55,684 nt of DNA from Candidatus Segetimicrobium genomatis (lineage in GTDB: Bacteria; Sysuimicrobiota; Sysuimicrobiia; Sysuimicrobiales; Kaftiobacteriaceae), in contig VBAP01000004.1 in the NCBI GenBank assembly GCA_005882335.1, positions 1-55,684 on the forward strand. The letters run 5' to 3'. Positions 19,478 through 28,921 of the stretch are shown here, in pieces. A program made the position numbers and the translations under genes. The notes under the pieces are model-generated. The model did not search any database. It was not told the origin of the DNA and worked only from the letters and a program-made list of their open reading frames with translations. Numbering within the stretch: the stretch's first letter is position 1; every line of letters begins with the position of its first letter.

Positions 19478-20952
19478 CGCAGTGTACGGTCGAGTTGAGC
19501 GGCGTGTTGTTGCAATAGATCCCACGCTTCCCGGACGTGGGCCTCGGTCGTGCGCAGGTTCCCCACGGCCAGCCGCAGGGTGAGTCGCCCGTTCAACCTG
19601 GTGTGCGAGAGGTATGCGCGTCCGGTCGCGTTGACCTCCTCCAGCAGCGCCTCGTTGAGCCGGTCCAGGTAGCCATCGTGCTCGCCGGCGCGGGCGCGCA
19701 GATCAGCGGGACGGGCGCGGAAACACACCACCGACAGCGGCGCCGGCGCCATCCGCTCGAAATCTGGATGCGCGTCGACCCACGATCGGAACTGCTGTCC
19801 CAGCCTGATGTGTTCTCGGATTCGCGCGGCCAGGCCCTCCCATCCGAAGTGCCGGATCACCATCCAGAGTTTCAGCGCGCGGAAGCGACGACCCAACTGG
19901 ACCCCATAATCCATGAAGTCGCGCACCGCCGCCTGGTCGCTCTCCGTCGTACGCAGGTATTCTGGGACCAGGCTAAACGCGCCGCGCAGCACCTCCGGGC
20001 GAGCGCAGTAGAACGCGCTGCAGTCGATGGGCGTGAACAGCCACTTGTGCGGGTTGATCACCACCGAGTCCGCCTGGTGGCATCCCTCCAGCACCCAGCG
20101 AAACTCGGGCAGCAGCGCCGCCATGCCGGCGTACGCGCCGTCGACATGCAGCCACAGCCGTTCCTGGGCGCAGACATCGGCGATCGCCGGCACCGGATCG
20201 ACGCTGGTGGTGGAGGTCGTCCCGACGGTGGCCGCCACGCAAAACGGCCGCCATCCGGCCCGGCGGTCCTCAGTCACGGCGGCGGCGAGCGCGGCCGGAT
20301 CCATGCGAAACTCACGATCGACCGGAATTTTCCGTACGCCGTGACGGCCGAGGCCCAGGACGATGGCCGCCTTCTCGATGGATGAGTGCGCCTGTTCTGA
20401 GGTGTAGAGTCGCAGTCGCGGCCCGCCCGCCATCCCCTGCTCGCGGAGGTGGGGCTCGGCCGCTTCGCGCGCGGCGGCGATGGCGCACAGGCTGGCCATC
20501 GATGCGGTATCCATGATGATCCCCATCCACCCGTCGGGGAGCCCGACCATCTGTCGCAGCCAGTCCAGCGCGACTCCTTCGAGTTCCGTCGCCGCCGGAG
20601 ATGTCTTCCAGAGCATCCCGTTGACGTTGAGCGCCGCGGTCAGCAGTTCTCCGAGGATTCCCGGTCCGGATCCGGTAATCGCGAAGTAAGCGAAGAACGC
20701 AGGATGATTCCAGTGGGTGATGCCGGGAACGATCACCGACGTGAGATCGGCGAGCATCGACTCCAGCGACTCCGGGGTTTTCGGCGGTGACGCCGGCAGC
20801 AGGCGGCGGATTGCACCGGGCTCGGTGCGGGCGAGGACCGGATAGTCCTCGACCGACGCCAGATAATCGGCAACCCAGTCTACGGCCAGGTAACCGGCCC
20901 GGCGAAACTCGTCGGGCGACATGTCACCCAATCCGCTATCACGATCACTCAT
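19468..20952 (-). CDS. PLP-dependent aromatic L-amino-acid decarboxylase family
   Basis: THWNHPAFFAYF, SPAATELE, HVDGAY and NPHKWL; RBS GAGGAG before ATG 20952. Confidence 0.92.
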   Translation of the reverse strand: MSDRDSGLGDMSPDEFRRAGYLAVDWVADYLASVEDYPVLARTEPGAIRRLLPASPPKTPESLESMLADLTSVIVPGITHWNHPAFFAYFAITGSGPGILGELLTAALNVNGMLWKTSPAATELEGVALDWLRQMVGLPDGWMGIIMDTASMASLCAIAAAREAAEPHLREQGMAGGPRLRLYTSEQAHSSIEKAAIVLGLGRHGVRKIPVDREFRMDPAALAAAVTEDRRAGWRPFCVAATVGTTSTTSVDPVPAIADVCAQERLWLHVDGAYAGMAALLPEFRWVLEGCHQADSVVINPHKWLFTPIDCSAFYCARPEVLRGAFSLVPEYLRTTESDQAAVRDFMDYGVQLGRRFRALKLWMVIRHFGWEGLAARIREHIRLGQQFRSWVDAHPDFERMAPAPLSVVCFRARPADLRARAGEHDGYLDRLNEALLEEVNATGRAYLSHTRLNGRLTLRLAVGNLRTTEAHVREAWDLLQQHAAQLDRTLRKE

Positions 20953-20976
20953 GAAGGTCTCCTCAGGTTGGAAGTA

Positions 20977-21065
20977 AGAACGTGGAACGCACCATGCAGA
21001 ACGCAGACTGATCAACTAACACCGCCGTCCTTCTGCGTGCTGCGTTCTGTGTTCTGCGTTCTGCT
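20977..21065. repeat. Inverted tandem-repeat cassette, 7-mer AGAACGC family
   Basis: Left AGAACGT GGAACGC ACCATGC AGAACGC; right TTCTGCG TGCTGCG TTCTGTG TTCTGCG TTCTGCT. Confidence 0.82.
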
Positions 21066-21082
21066 GTCGGCAATCCGAAATT

Positions 21083-21637
21083 TCATAGGCCGAGCTGGGA
21101 TGCAACCCCGCGCAGGGCGTTGATCACAAGCTCGATATGCTCATCGAGCGGAACGCCTAACTCCTCCGCGCCGCGGATGACGTCTTCTCGATTCACCCCA
21201 CGGGCAAAGGCTTTGTCCTTCATCTTTTTCTTGACCGAGGTCATGTCGACTTCGGCGAGTGACTTACTCGGCTTGACCAGCGCCACGGCGATGACGAAAC
21301 CGACCAGTTCGTCCACCCCGTACAGCGCCTTCTCCATGTTCGACTGGCGGGGCACCCCGGAGTAGTCGGCGTGCGACACGATGGCCCGACACCACGCCTC
21401 CGGCACGCCACGGCGGCGCAGTTCTTCCACGCCGACGAACGGATGCCCCGCGTCCTGTGATGGGCAGCGCTCGTAGTCGAGATCGTGCACCAGCCCCACG
21501 ATGCCCCAGGATTCCTCATCCTCCCCGAACCGGCGGGCATACGCGCGCATCGCCGCCTCCGCAGCCAGCAGATGCTTGCGGAGGTTGGGGTTGTGGATCC
21601 ACTCACATACGAGGGCCCAGGCCTGATCCCGAGTCAT
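21083..21637 (-). CDS. HD/HDIG-domain metal-dependent hydrolase
   Basis: LRKH...GLVHDLD...SHAD...DELVG; start re-picked at ATG 21637. Confidence 0.9.
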   Translation of the reverse strand: MTRDQAWALVCEWIHNPNLRKHLLAAEAAMRAYARRFGEDEESWGIVGLVHDLDYERCPSQDAGHPFVGVEELRRRGVPEAWCRAIVSHADYSGVPRQSNMEKALYGVDELVGFVIAVALVKPSKSLAEVDMTSVKKKMKDKAFARGVNREDVIRGAEELGVPLDEHIELVINALRGVASQLGL

Positions 21638-21686
21638 GCTTGATGGAGTTCCCCTCCACGAAATGGTTCCCTGGTGCATGACTGCG

Positions 21687-21769
21687 AGGAAAAAAGGAAG
21701 AGGGACGAAGGAAGAGCGGACAGACCCTCGGCTTCTTCCTTCTTCCTTCTTCCCTCTTCCCTCTTCCTA
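21687..21769. repeat. Inverted tandem-repeat cassette, 7-mer AAGGAAG/CTTCCCT family
   Basis: Left AAGGAAG AGGGACG AAGGAAG; right CTTCCTT CTTCCTT CTTCCCT CTTCCCT CTTCCTA. Confidence 0.85.
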
Positions 21770-21775
21770 AGGCGG

Positions 21776-22105
21776 CTACTGTAGGTGGGGTTTACCAATT
21801 CTGGCCAATCGTTCGTAGTTCAGGCGGAACAGGGCGATGACCAGGGCCACGTCTTCCGGACCACGGATCCACCGGCTCACCCAGCCCGACTCCGGCAGCA
21901 CATGATGCGGGCGGGCCCGGCCGCTCGCAATCAGTTCGTCGCGGATCCGCGCCGGAAACGGCAGGTCGGCCAGCCGGTCGCCGTGGAGATGTCCAATCTC
22001 ACGATGGTTGAGGGTGAACTCGACGCCGCCGAAACGGTGCGGATGTGAGGTCACACCAGGCCAGCTCATCACCTCTGCGATGATCGCGCGTGCGATGTCG
22101 CCCAT
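21776..22105 (-). CDS. DUF5519 / luciferase-like family protein
   Basis: WPGV..HPHRFGG.EF...REIGHLH...PHHVLPESGWV pattern. Confidence 0.8.
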   Translation of the reverse strand: MGDIARAIIAEVMSWPGVTSHPHRFGGVEFTLNHREIGHLHGDRLADLPFPARIRDELIASGRARPHHVLPESGWVSRWIRGPEDVALVIALFRLNYERLARIGKPHLQ

Positions 22106-22117
22106 CTGAATCTCCTC

Positions 22118-22216
22118 AATCTTCGCAATCCTCGCGATCTACGCTATCTACACCATGCAGCCCCTTATGGTCCCATGTCGGTAGATTGCGGAGATTGCGC
22201 AGATTGCGTAGATCTT
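22118..22216. repeat. Inverted tandem-repeat cassette, 9-mer AGATTGC family
   Basis: Left AATCTTCGC AATCCTCGC GATCTACGC TATCTACAC; right GTAGATTGC GGAGATTGC GCAGATTGC GTAGATCTT, lying inside the MFS coding tail. Confidence 0.88.
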
Positions 22217-23817
22217 GTTGATTCGGAGCGGTTGCTGGTCCGCAGCGGGATCTCCGGCAGCGCCATCACCACCAGCAGCGCCGCCAGCGCCAAGGCGGTG
22301 GCGTATGCATAAATCCGCGTGATGCCGGCGCTGAACGCCGCCCTGAACACCTCGTGCAATTGCGTCAGCGCCGGCCCCGGTACCGAGGCGAATACGCCGC
22401 TGCGAACGCTGTCCAGATCGATCGCAGCGCGCACGGTCACCGGCAGTTGGGCCAGGACCGGGGCGGCGCCGCGCGTGAACTCGGCGGTCAAGACGGTGGA
22501 CAGAACGACGCCGAAGATCGCCGTGCCCACAGCCGAGCCGATCTGCAGGAAAAACTGACGCGCGGCGGTGGCGACTCCCACCTTCTCGTAGGGAACGGCG
22601 TTCTGAACCACCAGGTTGAGCAGTGGCATCGCCGGTCCCAACCCCATGCCCAGGACAATCATCCGCCAGGTCACGTCCCACCGGGTCGCATCAGGACCCA
22701 GCGCCGCCAGGAGGCCGAACCCGATGATGGCGACGGTAAATCCGGCCAGCACGATGCGCCGGTACCGCCCCAACCGCTGCACAATCAGCGAGGACGTGAA
22801 CGCGCCGATGACGACGGCAAACGTCAACGGAATCAGGGTCGCGCCGGCGGCCGTCGCGGAAACGCCGACGACGTTGACCATAAAGATGGACAGGAAGAAG
22901 ATGGCCGCGAAGAACGACGCCCCGACCAGCATCGAGGCCACGCTGACGACGGCGAAGGTCCGGTTGCGGAAAAGATCCAGCGCGATGATGGGGGAGGGGA
23001 CGCGCGACTCGACGATCAGCAGGAGCGCGGTGGCAACCGCCGCGGCGATCAGCAGGACTACGACGGCAGGCGACGACCACGGGTACTGCTGCTTGTCCAG
23101 TGTCACGGCCAGCAGCAGCGGGACGACCGAGGCAATGAGCAGGAAGGTCCCCGCCCAGTCCACCGTCGCGCGCAGACCGCTATGCAGCCGCGGCATCTTC
23201 GCGGCAATGAAGGCCACTGCCACGATCCCGACGGGGAGGTTGACGTAAAAGACCCACCGCCAGCTCAGATGGTCGGTGAGCAGGCCGCCGAGGTAGGGCC
23301 CCACTACGCTGGCCAGCGCGAAGACGCCGCCGAACAGACCCTGATAGCGCGGTCGGTCCGCCGGAACGAAGAGATCGGCAATCACCGTAAATGCCGACGA
23401 CGTCAGCGCGGCGGCGCCGATCCCCTGCAGGACGCGGAACGCGATCAGCTGCCCCATGGTAACCGCGAGACCGGACAGCGCCGATCCCGCCAGAAAGATT
23501 ACGATGCCGGCCAGCACGATGATCCGCCGGCCATACAGATCGGACAGCTTGCCGTAGACAGGCACCGTCGTCGTGCTGGCCACCAGATAGCCGGTGGAGA
23601 CCCACGCCAGCAGGTCGATGCCGCGCAGGTCGGCGATGATCGCCGGCAGCGCGGTGGCCACGATGGTCTGATCGAGCGCGGCCAGGAACAATCCCATCAG
23701 CACCCCGGCCAGGACGATCCACTTCGTCTGTGGCGACAGGATGCTGGCGTAGTCGATGCGCTCGGCGGGGGGCGCCGTGGCCACGGCACCCTCGAGGGCG
23801 GATTCTGCGGGACGCAT
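22165..23817 (-). CDS. DHA2/EmrB-QacA family MFS efflux transporter
   Basis: LAALDQTIVATALP, YGKLSDLYGRR, FRVLQGIG and WRWVFYVNLPVG. Confidence 0.95.
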   Translation of the reverse strand: MRPAESALEGAVATAPPAERIDYASILSPQTKWIVLAGVLMGLFLAALDQTIVATALPAIIADLRGIDLLAWVSTGYLVASTTTVPVYGKLSDLYGRRIIVLAGIVIFLAGSALSGLAVTMGQLIAFRVLQGIGAAALTSSAFTVIADLFVPADRPRYQGLFGGVFALASVVGPYLGGLLTDHLSWRWVFYVNLPVGIVAVAFIAAKMPRLHSGLRATVDWAGTFLLIASVVPLLLAVTLDKQQYPWSSPAVVVLLIAAAVATALLLIVESRVPSPIIALDLFRNRTFAVVSVASMLVGASFFAAIFFLSIFMVNVVGVSATAAGATLIPLTFAVVIGAFTSSLIVQRLGRYRRIVLAGFTVAIIGFGLLAALGPDATRWDVTWRMIVLGMGLGPAMPLLNLVVQNAVPYEKVGVATAARQFFLQIGSAVGTAIFGVVLSTVLTAEFTRGAAPVLAQLPVTVRAAIDLDSVRSGVFASVPGPALTQLHEVFRAAFSAGITRIYAYATALALAALLVVMALPEIPLRTSNRSESTRSTQSAQSPQSTDMGP

Positions 23818-23823
23818 GTCGCG

Positions 23824-23852
23824 ATTATCCGTAGACGGTGTTACGCTGTCAA
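23824..23852 (-). promoter_or_regulatory. Promoter predicted to give a leaderless MFS transcript
   Basis: TTGACA (23852-23847), 17 nt, GATAAT (23829-23824), 6 nt, ATG. Confidence 0.7.
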
Positions 23853-23859
23853 CTCCACG

Positions 23860-24267
23860 CTACCCTACAGAACGGGCGTTCCGTGAGACGCCTTCCCCCT
23901 CGACCCCCCAGCTGACGATCCGCCTGGGCCTGATGCGAAACATTTGTGGGGCGAACCTTCGCATCAGCCGCTCGCCGCCCGTCTCCAGAATTTCGGCCAC
24001 ACCCCGGATCTCGATCCCGCGGGCCTTCCAGGGGTTCACTGAGGGCACGTCGTCGATCACCAGCGCTACCCGGGGGTTACCGCGCACATCGCGGAACTTC
24101 TTGCGCTTCGCGAAGTCGTAGCCGCCGATATCGATCGTGTCCGTCTCGCCATTGTACCGAAAGGCGACCGGCACCACGTGGGGTTCGCTGTTCGGGCCGA
24201 CGGTGGCCAGCCGTCCGAGGAGCTGGCCGCGTAGATAGGCGATCTCCGCGAGCGTAAAGGCGCTCAT
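23860..24267 (-). CDS. PPOX-class (split-barrel, putative F420-dependent) oxidoreductase
   Basis: LGRLATVGP..EPHVVPV.F...KKFRDVRGNPRVALVIDD...RGIEIRG. Confidence 0.88.
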   Translation of the reverse strand: MSAFTLAEIAYLRGQLLGRLATVGPNSEPHVVPVAFRYNGETDTIDIGGYDFAKRKKFRDVRGNPRVALVIDDVPSVNPWKARGIEIRGVAEILETGGERLMRRFAPQMFRIRPRRIVSWGVEGEGVSRNARSVG

Positions 24268-24285
24268 CGCTCACCTCTCGTCGTT

Positions 24286-25176
24286 CTATCGCTCGGCAAC
24301 AGTCACGCTGAGTTCCTTCGCCGCGCCGCCGCGGAGGAGACGGACGCGCAGCGACGTCCCGATCTTTTCAGATGTCAGCTGCGATGCAATGTCGTCGTGA
24401 GTGCGGACCGGTGTCCCGTCAACTGCGACAATCACGTCCCCCAGCACCAGCCCCCCACGTTCCGCGGGGCTGCCAGATTCCACTGACACCACGATCAACC
24501 CGACTCGCTGCCCCACCTGCTGTTCCAGCGTGGCCGGCAGGCGCACCGGGTGGGCCCCAATGCCCAGATACCCCCGGCGGATTTTCCCGTGGGTCAGCAG
24601 CGCGCCCGCCACCTTGCGCAACGTCGGCACCGGAACCGCTATCGCGGCACGCCGCAGGAGTCCCGCCGTGTTCATTCCCAGAACCGCGCCGCCCGCGTCC
24701 ACCAGGGCACCGCCAGAAAATCCGATTCCCGGCGTCACATCGGTTTCAAGGTATCGGTCGAACTCTCCGCCCGTGGGGGCCCGCCAGGCCTCGCCCGCGG
24801 CGCTGATAATTCCGAGCCGCGCCCGAACCGTGCGGCCGGGCCGCGTCACGGCCACCACCAGCTGGCCGACTTTCGCCTGATCACCGCCGCTCCAGGACGG
24901 CACGGTCAGACCGGATGCCTGTGCACGCAGCACCGCGATATCGGTACCTGGGTCCCGACCGACCAGGGTGGCAGCCACGAGCTGCCCATCAGGTAGGCCG
25001 ACGCGGATCTCGTCCTCTTGCTCAATGACGTGGTCCGCCGTCACGATCGTCCCGTCCGCCGCCCAGACGATTCCGCTGCCGGGGGCATGCCGCCGGGCCT
25101 CGACCCGCACCACAGAGGGCCCGACCCGCTCCGCAATGCCGGCAATTCCGTTGGAGATTTCGCTCAAGATCTGCAT
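24286..25176 (-). CDS. S1C/HtrA-like serine protease with PDZ domain
   Basis: TADHV (His), TDIAVL (Asp), GFSGG (Ser) and a C-terminal PDZ; no signal peptide seen. Confidence 0.9.
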   Translation of the reverse strand: MQILSEISNGIAGIAERVGPSVVRVEARRHAPGSGIVWAADGTIVTADHVIEQEDEIRVGLPDGQLVAATLVGRDPGTDIAVLRAQASGLTVPSWSGGDQAKVGQLVVAVTRPGRTVRARLGIISAAGEAWRAPTGGEFDRYLETDVTPGIGFSGGALVDAGGAVLGMNTAGLLRRAAIAVPVPTLRKVAGALLTHGKIRRGYLGIGAHPVRLPATLEQQVGQRVGLIVVSVESGSPAERGGLVLGDVIVAVDGTPVRTHDDIASQLTSEKIGTSLRVRLLRGGAAKELSVTVAER

Positions 25177-25263
25177 CACATCTACCACCTCCGTTGATGG
25201 TGAGCATACGCTGGCCGGCGCGTCGCCCGCATCGCCCGTTTGGGTAGGCCGTAGACGTAACTC

Positions 25264-25327
25264 CGGAGCCACAGGGCCGCAATTCCAGGCTTTGGAACCA
25301 GCGCAGCCAGGAGCGGTTTTTTGGTCG
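25264..25327 (+). repeat. 64-nt dispersed structured element, copy 2
   Basis: Ungapped match to copies 1 and 3. Confidence 0.85.
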
Positions 25328-25357
25328 ACGCGCACTCACGTGTCGCGCCAGTGGAGG

Positions 25358-25972
25358 CTACAGGACGATCAGCCCCAGACGCGCCGCACGCGTGACCGCC
25401 TCCGTGCGGCCGTGCGCGCCCAGCTTGCTGAAGATGACCGCGACGTGGAACTTCACCGTGTGCTCGCTGATGCCCAACTGCAGCGCAATCCGCTTGTTAG
25501 GCAGGCCTTCGGCCAGTAACTGCAAAACCTGCAGTTCGCGCGGGGTCAGTTCCTCTGCGGGAACCTCCGGCGCCGCGCCGCGCCCTTGTACCATCGCCGG
25601 AGCGAACGCGGGGTCGATCGCCACCAGCCCCAGAACCACCGCCCGCAACGCCGCCAGGAGTGCCGGTCCACCGATATCTCGGGGGAGAGCACCTCGCGCA
25701 CCGGCGGTCATCGCATCGGAGACACGGGCCTCATCGTCGCTCAACACCACCACCGGTATGTCAAGATCCTGCATCGCCGGGAGGCGCGCGTCGCTCTGAG
25801 CGGCCCCCGTTCCAAGATCCCACAGGATGATGTCGCGAGTGTGGGCATCAGCGACGTCGCCAAGATCAACCTCCGGCGCGGCCTGGTCTACCGTCACGTC
25901 CGGCTCGCCGGACAAGGACGCCACGAGCTTTGCCCGCGCAAGCACATCATCGGCGATGACCAAAATACGCAT
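25358..25972 (-). CDS. NarL/LuxR-family response regulator
   Basis: Receiver domain (ADD, LWDL) plus LTPRELQVLQLLAEGLPNK...SEHTVKFHV HTH. Confidence 0.92.
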   Translation of the reverse strand: MRILVIADDVLARAKLVASLSGEPDVTVDQAAPEVDLGDVADAHTRDIILWDLGTGAAQSDARLPAMQDLDIPVVVLSDDEARVSDAMTAGARGALPRDIGGPALLAALRAVVLGLVAIDPAFAPAMVQGRGAAPEVPAEELTPRELQVLQLLAEGLPNKRIALQLGISEHTVKFHVAVIFSKLGAHGRTEAVTRAARLGLIVL

Positions 25973-26038
25973 CTCCCGAGTCCAACGCTCATCCCGGGCG
26001 AAAGATGCCCATCATGTGACTCTAACCCCCGCGCCCTC

Positions 26039-27127
26039 TTAAAGCCAGGCAGTTTTCTGCCAGTTGTCCTTTGCGCCGGGGGAGGGCAGCCAGGGGGGTA
26101 GGGTGAGCAGGAGCCCGCCGGCCAGAGCGGTGACGTACGGTTCATACGAACGCCGCAACTCCGACAGCTTCCGATCCACCTCGTCGCCTGTCCTTAGGAC
26201 GACACCCGCCTCGTTCAGAACCGCGCGGAGTCGGCGCAGGTCATCCGGCGGCAGCCGGTCGCGATCGGGCGGATGAGGCGGCGTGTCCAGCACCTGGCAC
26301 AGGTCCACGGCTACATGACGCGCCATGGCAAACGTCAGCCACGCCTGGCGCGGGCGCACGCCGTCTAACCCCGCCAGGACCAGCGCACACGTATCAAGGA
26401 TCGTCGTCAGCGACGCCACCCACGATTCGTTGCCGTGCTGCGAGCGGAACCGCGCCAGTACAGGGTAAGAGATGTGGCTCTCCAACAGCTCCGCCGCCCA
26501 GCGTTCCCATGCGGCGAGGAACTGCCCCAGGGCGTCCAGGTCCCGCCACTGTCCCAGCCTGCGCATAAGCTCGGATGCCGCCGGCGGGGAACCGGCCCAC
26601 TCGTCCAGCATCGCGATGTGCGCTTCGCGCCGCGAAAACGCCTGGTACACGACGGGAAGGTAGCCGATCACCAACGCCAGGAACGCAAACCCGACGAACG
26701 CTTCGACGACCGTCACGACCCGCGCCGCAGCGGACGTCGGCACGACGTCACCCAACCCGAGGGTGAACAGGGTCGTGCCGCTGAGATAAAGGGCCGTGAA
26801 GAACGTAGGCTGGCGCTCCGGCACGGACATCTGCAGCCCGAGGGCCGAGTGCACCAGCGCAAATCCGAGCAGCAGCATCGAGGCCCATCCTCCCAGCAGG
26901 GCGATCAGAGAGAACGGACCAAACAGACTCAGGAAACTCTCTCGCCGGCCCGGGCGGCGGATCCCCGCCGCAGCCAGTAACCAGAACCGCCACAGAGTCC
27001 TGAACAGCAGGCGCGCCGGCCGGAGACGGCGCGCCACACGACGAGGCAACACGACGGTCTCAAACGTGTCCCATAAGATCACGCCGATCACGACCACTCC
27101 GACCACGCCGGTCACCGGATGCATCAT
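26039..27127 (-). CDS. Potassium channel family protein
   Basis: TM helices with filter TLFTLGLGD and a cytoplasmic tail; RBS AGGAGG before ATG 27127. Confidence 0.85.
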   Translation of the reverse strand: MMHPVTGVVGVVVIGVILWDTFETVVLPRRVARRLRPARLLFRTLWRFWLLAAAGIRRPGRRESFLSLFGPFSLIALLGGWASMLLLGFALVHSALGLQMSVPERQPTFFTALYLSGTTLFTLGLGDVVPTSAAARVVTVVEAFVGFAFLALVIGYLPVVYQAFSRREAHIAMLDEWAGSPPAASELMRRLGQWRDLDALGQFLAAWERWAAELLESHISYPVLARFRSQHGNESWVASLTTILDTCALVLAGLDGVRPRQAWLTFAMARHVAVDLCQVLDTPPHPPDRDRLPPDDLRRLRAVLNEAGVVLRTGDEVDRKLSELRRSYEPYVTALAGGLLLTLPPWLPSPGAKDNWQKTAWL

Positions 27128-27185
27128 TCCGACCCTCCTCATCAACGAGCAAACGCCCGCCTGTCCTACAATAGTGCCACACGTG

Positions 27186-27995
27186 ATGGGTCCCGTCTTG
27201 AGCCATGAACTCGTCGCCTCCAGCGCGGGCGCCCCACAGCGGTGGTTGGTAATCCTCCACGGGGCATTCGGAGCCGGGCGGAACTGGGGGACGATCGCAC
27301 GCCACTTGGCCCAGGCTCGTCCGGAATGGGGCGTCGTGCTGGCCGATCTGCGGATGCACGGCGCCTCGCAGGGATTTCCCCCGCCCCACACGCTGGAAGC
27401 CGCCGCCGCAGACATCGACGCGCTCGGCCGGAGCCTTGGGTTCCCCCTCGACGCCGTGCTGGGCCATTCGCTTGGTGGCAAGATCGCGCTGCTCTACACG
27501 GCCCGCCACGCCGCCGCTCTCCGGCAAATGTGGGTCGTAGACTCCACGCCGGCGGCCGGACCACCCTCAGGGAGCGCCTGGGAGATGCTGCGGGCCGTCC
27601 GCTCCCTCCCCGCGCAATTTACTTCTCGTCAGGAGGCAGCCGAGGGTCTCACGCAGCTCGGGTTCGCATCTGATGTGGCGCGATGGATGACAATGAATCT
27701 GGAATCCTCGGAAGGGCGTTACCGATGGCGGTTAGACTTCGATGCCCTGGAGGAGCTGCTGCGCGACTTCTTTCAGACAGATCTTTGGAGCGCAGTCCTG
27801 GACCCGCCAGCCGGCGTGGAGCTGCACTTCATCAAGGCGTCCCACTCGGACGTCCTGAGTGAAGATACGCTCCACCGGCTGGACGGAGTCGTCGCGACTC
27901 CCCGTATTTCCCTTCACGTCGTCCCAGGCGGCCACTGGATTCACGCCGATAACCCGGATGAGGTTGTCCGGCTGCTCGCTCGCCATCTCCCTTAA
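27186..27995 (+). CDS. Alpha/beta hydrolase (esterase-like)
   Basis: LHGAFG, GHSLGG nucleophile elbow and GGHWIH. Confidence 0.9.
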   Translation: MGPVLSHELVASSAGAPQRWLVILHGAFGAGRNWGTIARHLAQARPEWGVVLADLRMHGASQGFPPPHTLEAAAADIDALGRSLGFPLDAVLGHSLGGKIALLYTARHAAALRQMWVVDSTPAAGPPSGSAWEMLRAVRSLPAQFTSRQEAAEGLTQLGFASDVARWMTMNLESSEGRYRWRLDFDALEELLRDFFQTDLWSAVLDPPAGVELHFIKASHSDVLSEDTLHRLDGVVATPRISLHVVPGGHWIHADNPDEVVRLLARHLP

Positions 27996-28011
27996 GTGAG
28001 CCGGTTTGTGC

Positions 28012-28338
28012 TCACGCAGTCCGAAGCAGCCGGCTGAGCTCCGCGCGTGCGCGCTCGACACGATCGGGCCCTTCCGGCGCGAGCGGCACAGGCCCCAGGC
28101 CGAGACGCCACACCACAGCCGCGCTCAAAGACGGCCTGTGGCGCTCTACGAACGCCCGGAAGTCCGCGCCCGTCATCTCAAGCCGGAGCTCGGCCAGGAA
28201 CCGGTACGCGTCCTCCGGACCGAGGGGCACCTCTGCGTAACGCCTCCCGTCGACGACGTACACCCGCCGTCCATCGGGGGTGCGGTCCAAGGTGATAGAT
28301 GGTGTTCGGACTGACCCGATCTGCTCTTTGTCCCCCAT
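28012..28338 (-). CDS. Hypothetical protein
   Basis: 108-aa ORF filling the gap, with GGGGAG RBS; no recognisable motif. Confidence 0.6.
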   Translation of the reverse strand: MGDKEQIGSVRTPSITLDRTPDGRRVYVVDGRRYAEVPLGPEDAYRFLAELRLEMTGADFRAFVERHRPSLSAAVVWRLGLGPVPLAPEGPDRVERARAELSRLLRTA

Positions 28339-28359
28339 CGTATTCTCCCCACGCCGCCG

Positions 28360-28863
28360 TTATGTGCCGCTTTGCGGCTGCGCCGGCCGCGCCGCGGAAA
28401 TCGTCAGGCCGACGATCCAACCGACTAGCGCCACAATCACCATCACCGCTGTCAGGCTCCCCGACAGCCCCGTCCGCAGCGCCGTATCAAGGGAGTATGC
28501 CCCCGGTCCGGTCCCGCCCACTGTCAGCGCGACGACCAGATACGTCAGCGGCAGTTCAAATCCATGGTCGGTGGCCCAGACTTTCGGCCAGTGCGCACGG
28601 ACGATCGCGGTGAGCATCGACGAGGCGATGCCTATCGAGCCCAGCGGGCTGAACAGCCCCGCCGCAAAAAGCACGCCGCCGCCGAACTCGGCGATCCCCG
28701 CCAGCCAGGCCCAGAGCCGTGCCGGCCGGAACCTCATCGATTCCAGCCACCCGGCGGTCCCAGCGATGCCATGGCCGCCAAACCATCCGAATAGCTTCTG
28801 CGCCCCGTGGCCTGCCACAAGCAGACCCACCACCAGGCGTAAGGTCAGGAGCATTGCGTCCAT
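28360..28863 (-). CDS. DoxX family membrane protein
   Basis: LRLVVG....HGAQKLFGWFGG.G...EFGGG...GFELP; RBS GAGGAGG. Confidence 0.92.
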   Translation of the reverse strand: MDAMLLTLRLVVGLLVAGHGAQKLFGWFGGHGIAGTAGWLESMRFRPARLWAWLAGIAEFGGGVLFAAGLFSPLGSIGIASSMLTAIVRAHWPKVWATDHGFELPLTYLVVALTVGGTGPGAYSLDTALRTGLSGSLTAVMVIVALVGWIVGLTISAARPAQPQSGT

Positions 28864-28921
28864 CACGTTCGCCTCCTCAGCCGAAACATACGACCAAGAT
28901 GCACCTTCCATTTCGTATGTT

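Noticed and set aside
26013-26035. Similarity between 8049-8066 and 26013-26030 (ATGTG..ACTCTAACCCC)
   Set aside because: Best explained as two minus-strand -10-like TAGAGT elements; too short to call a repeat.
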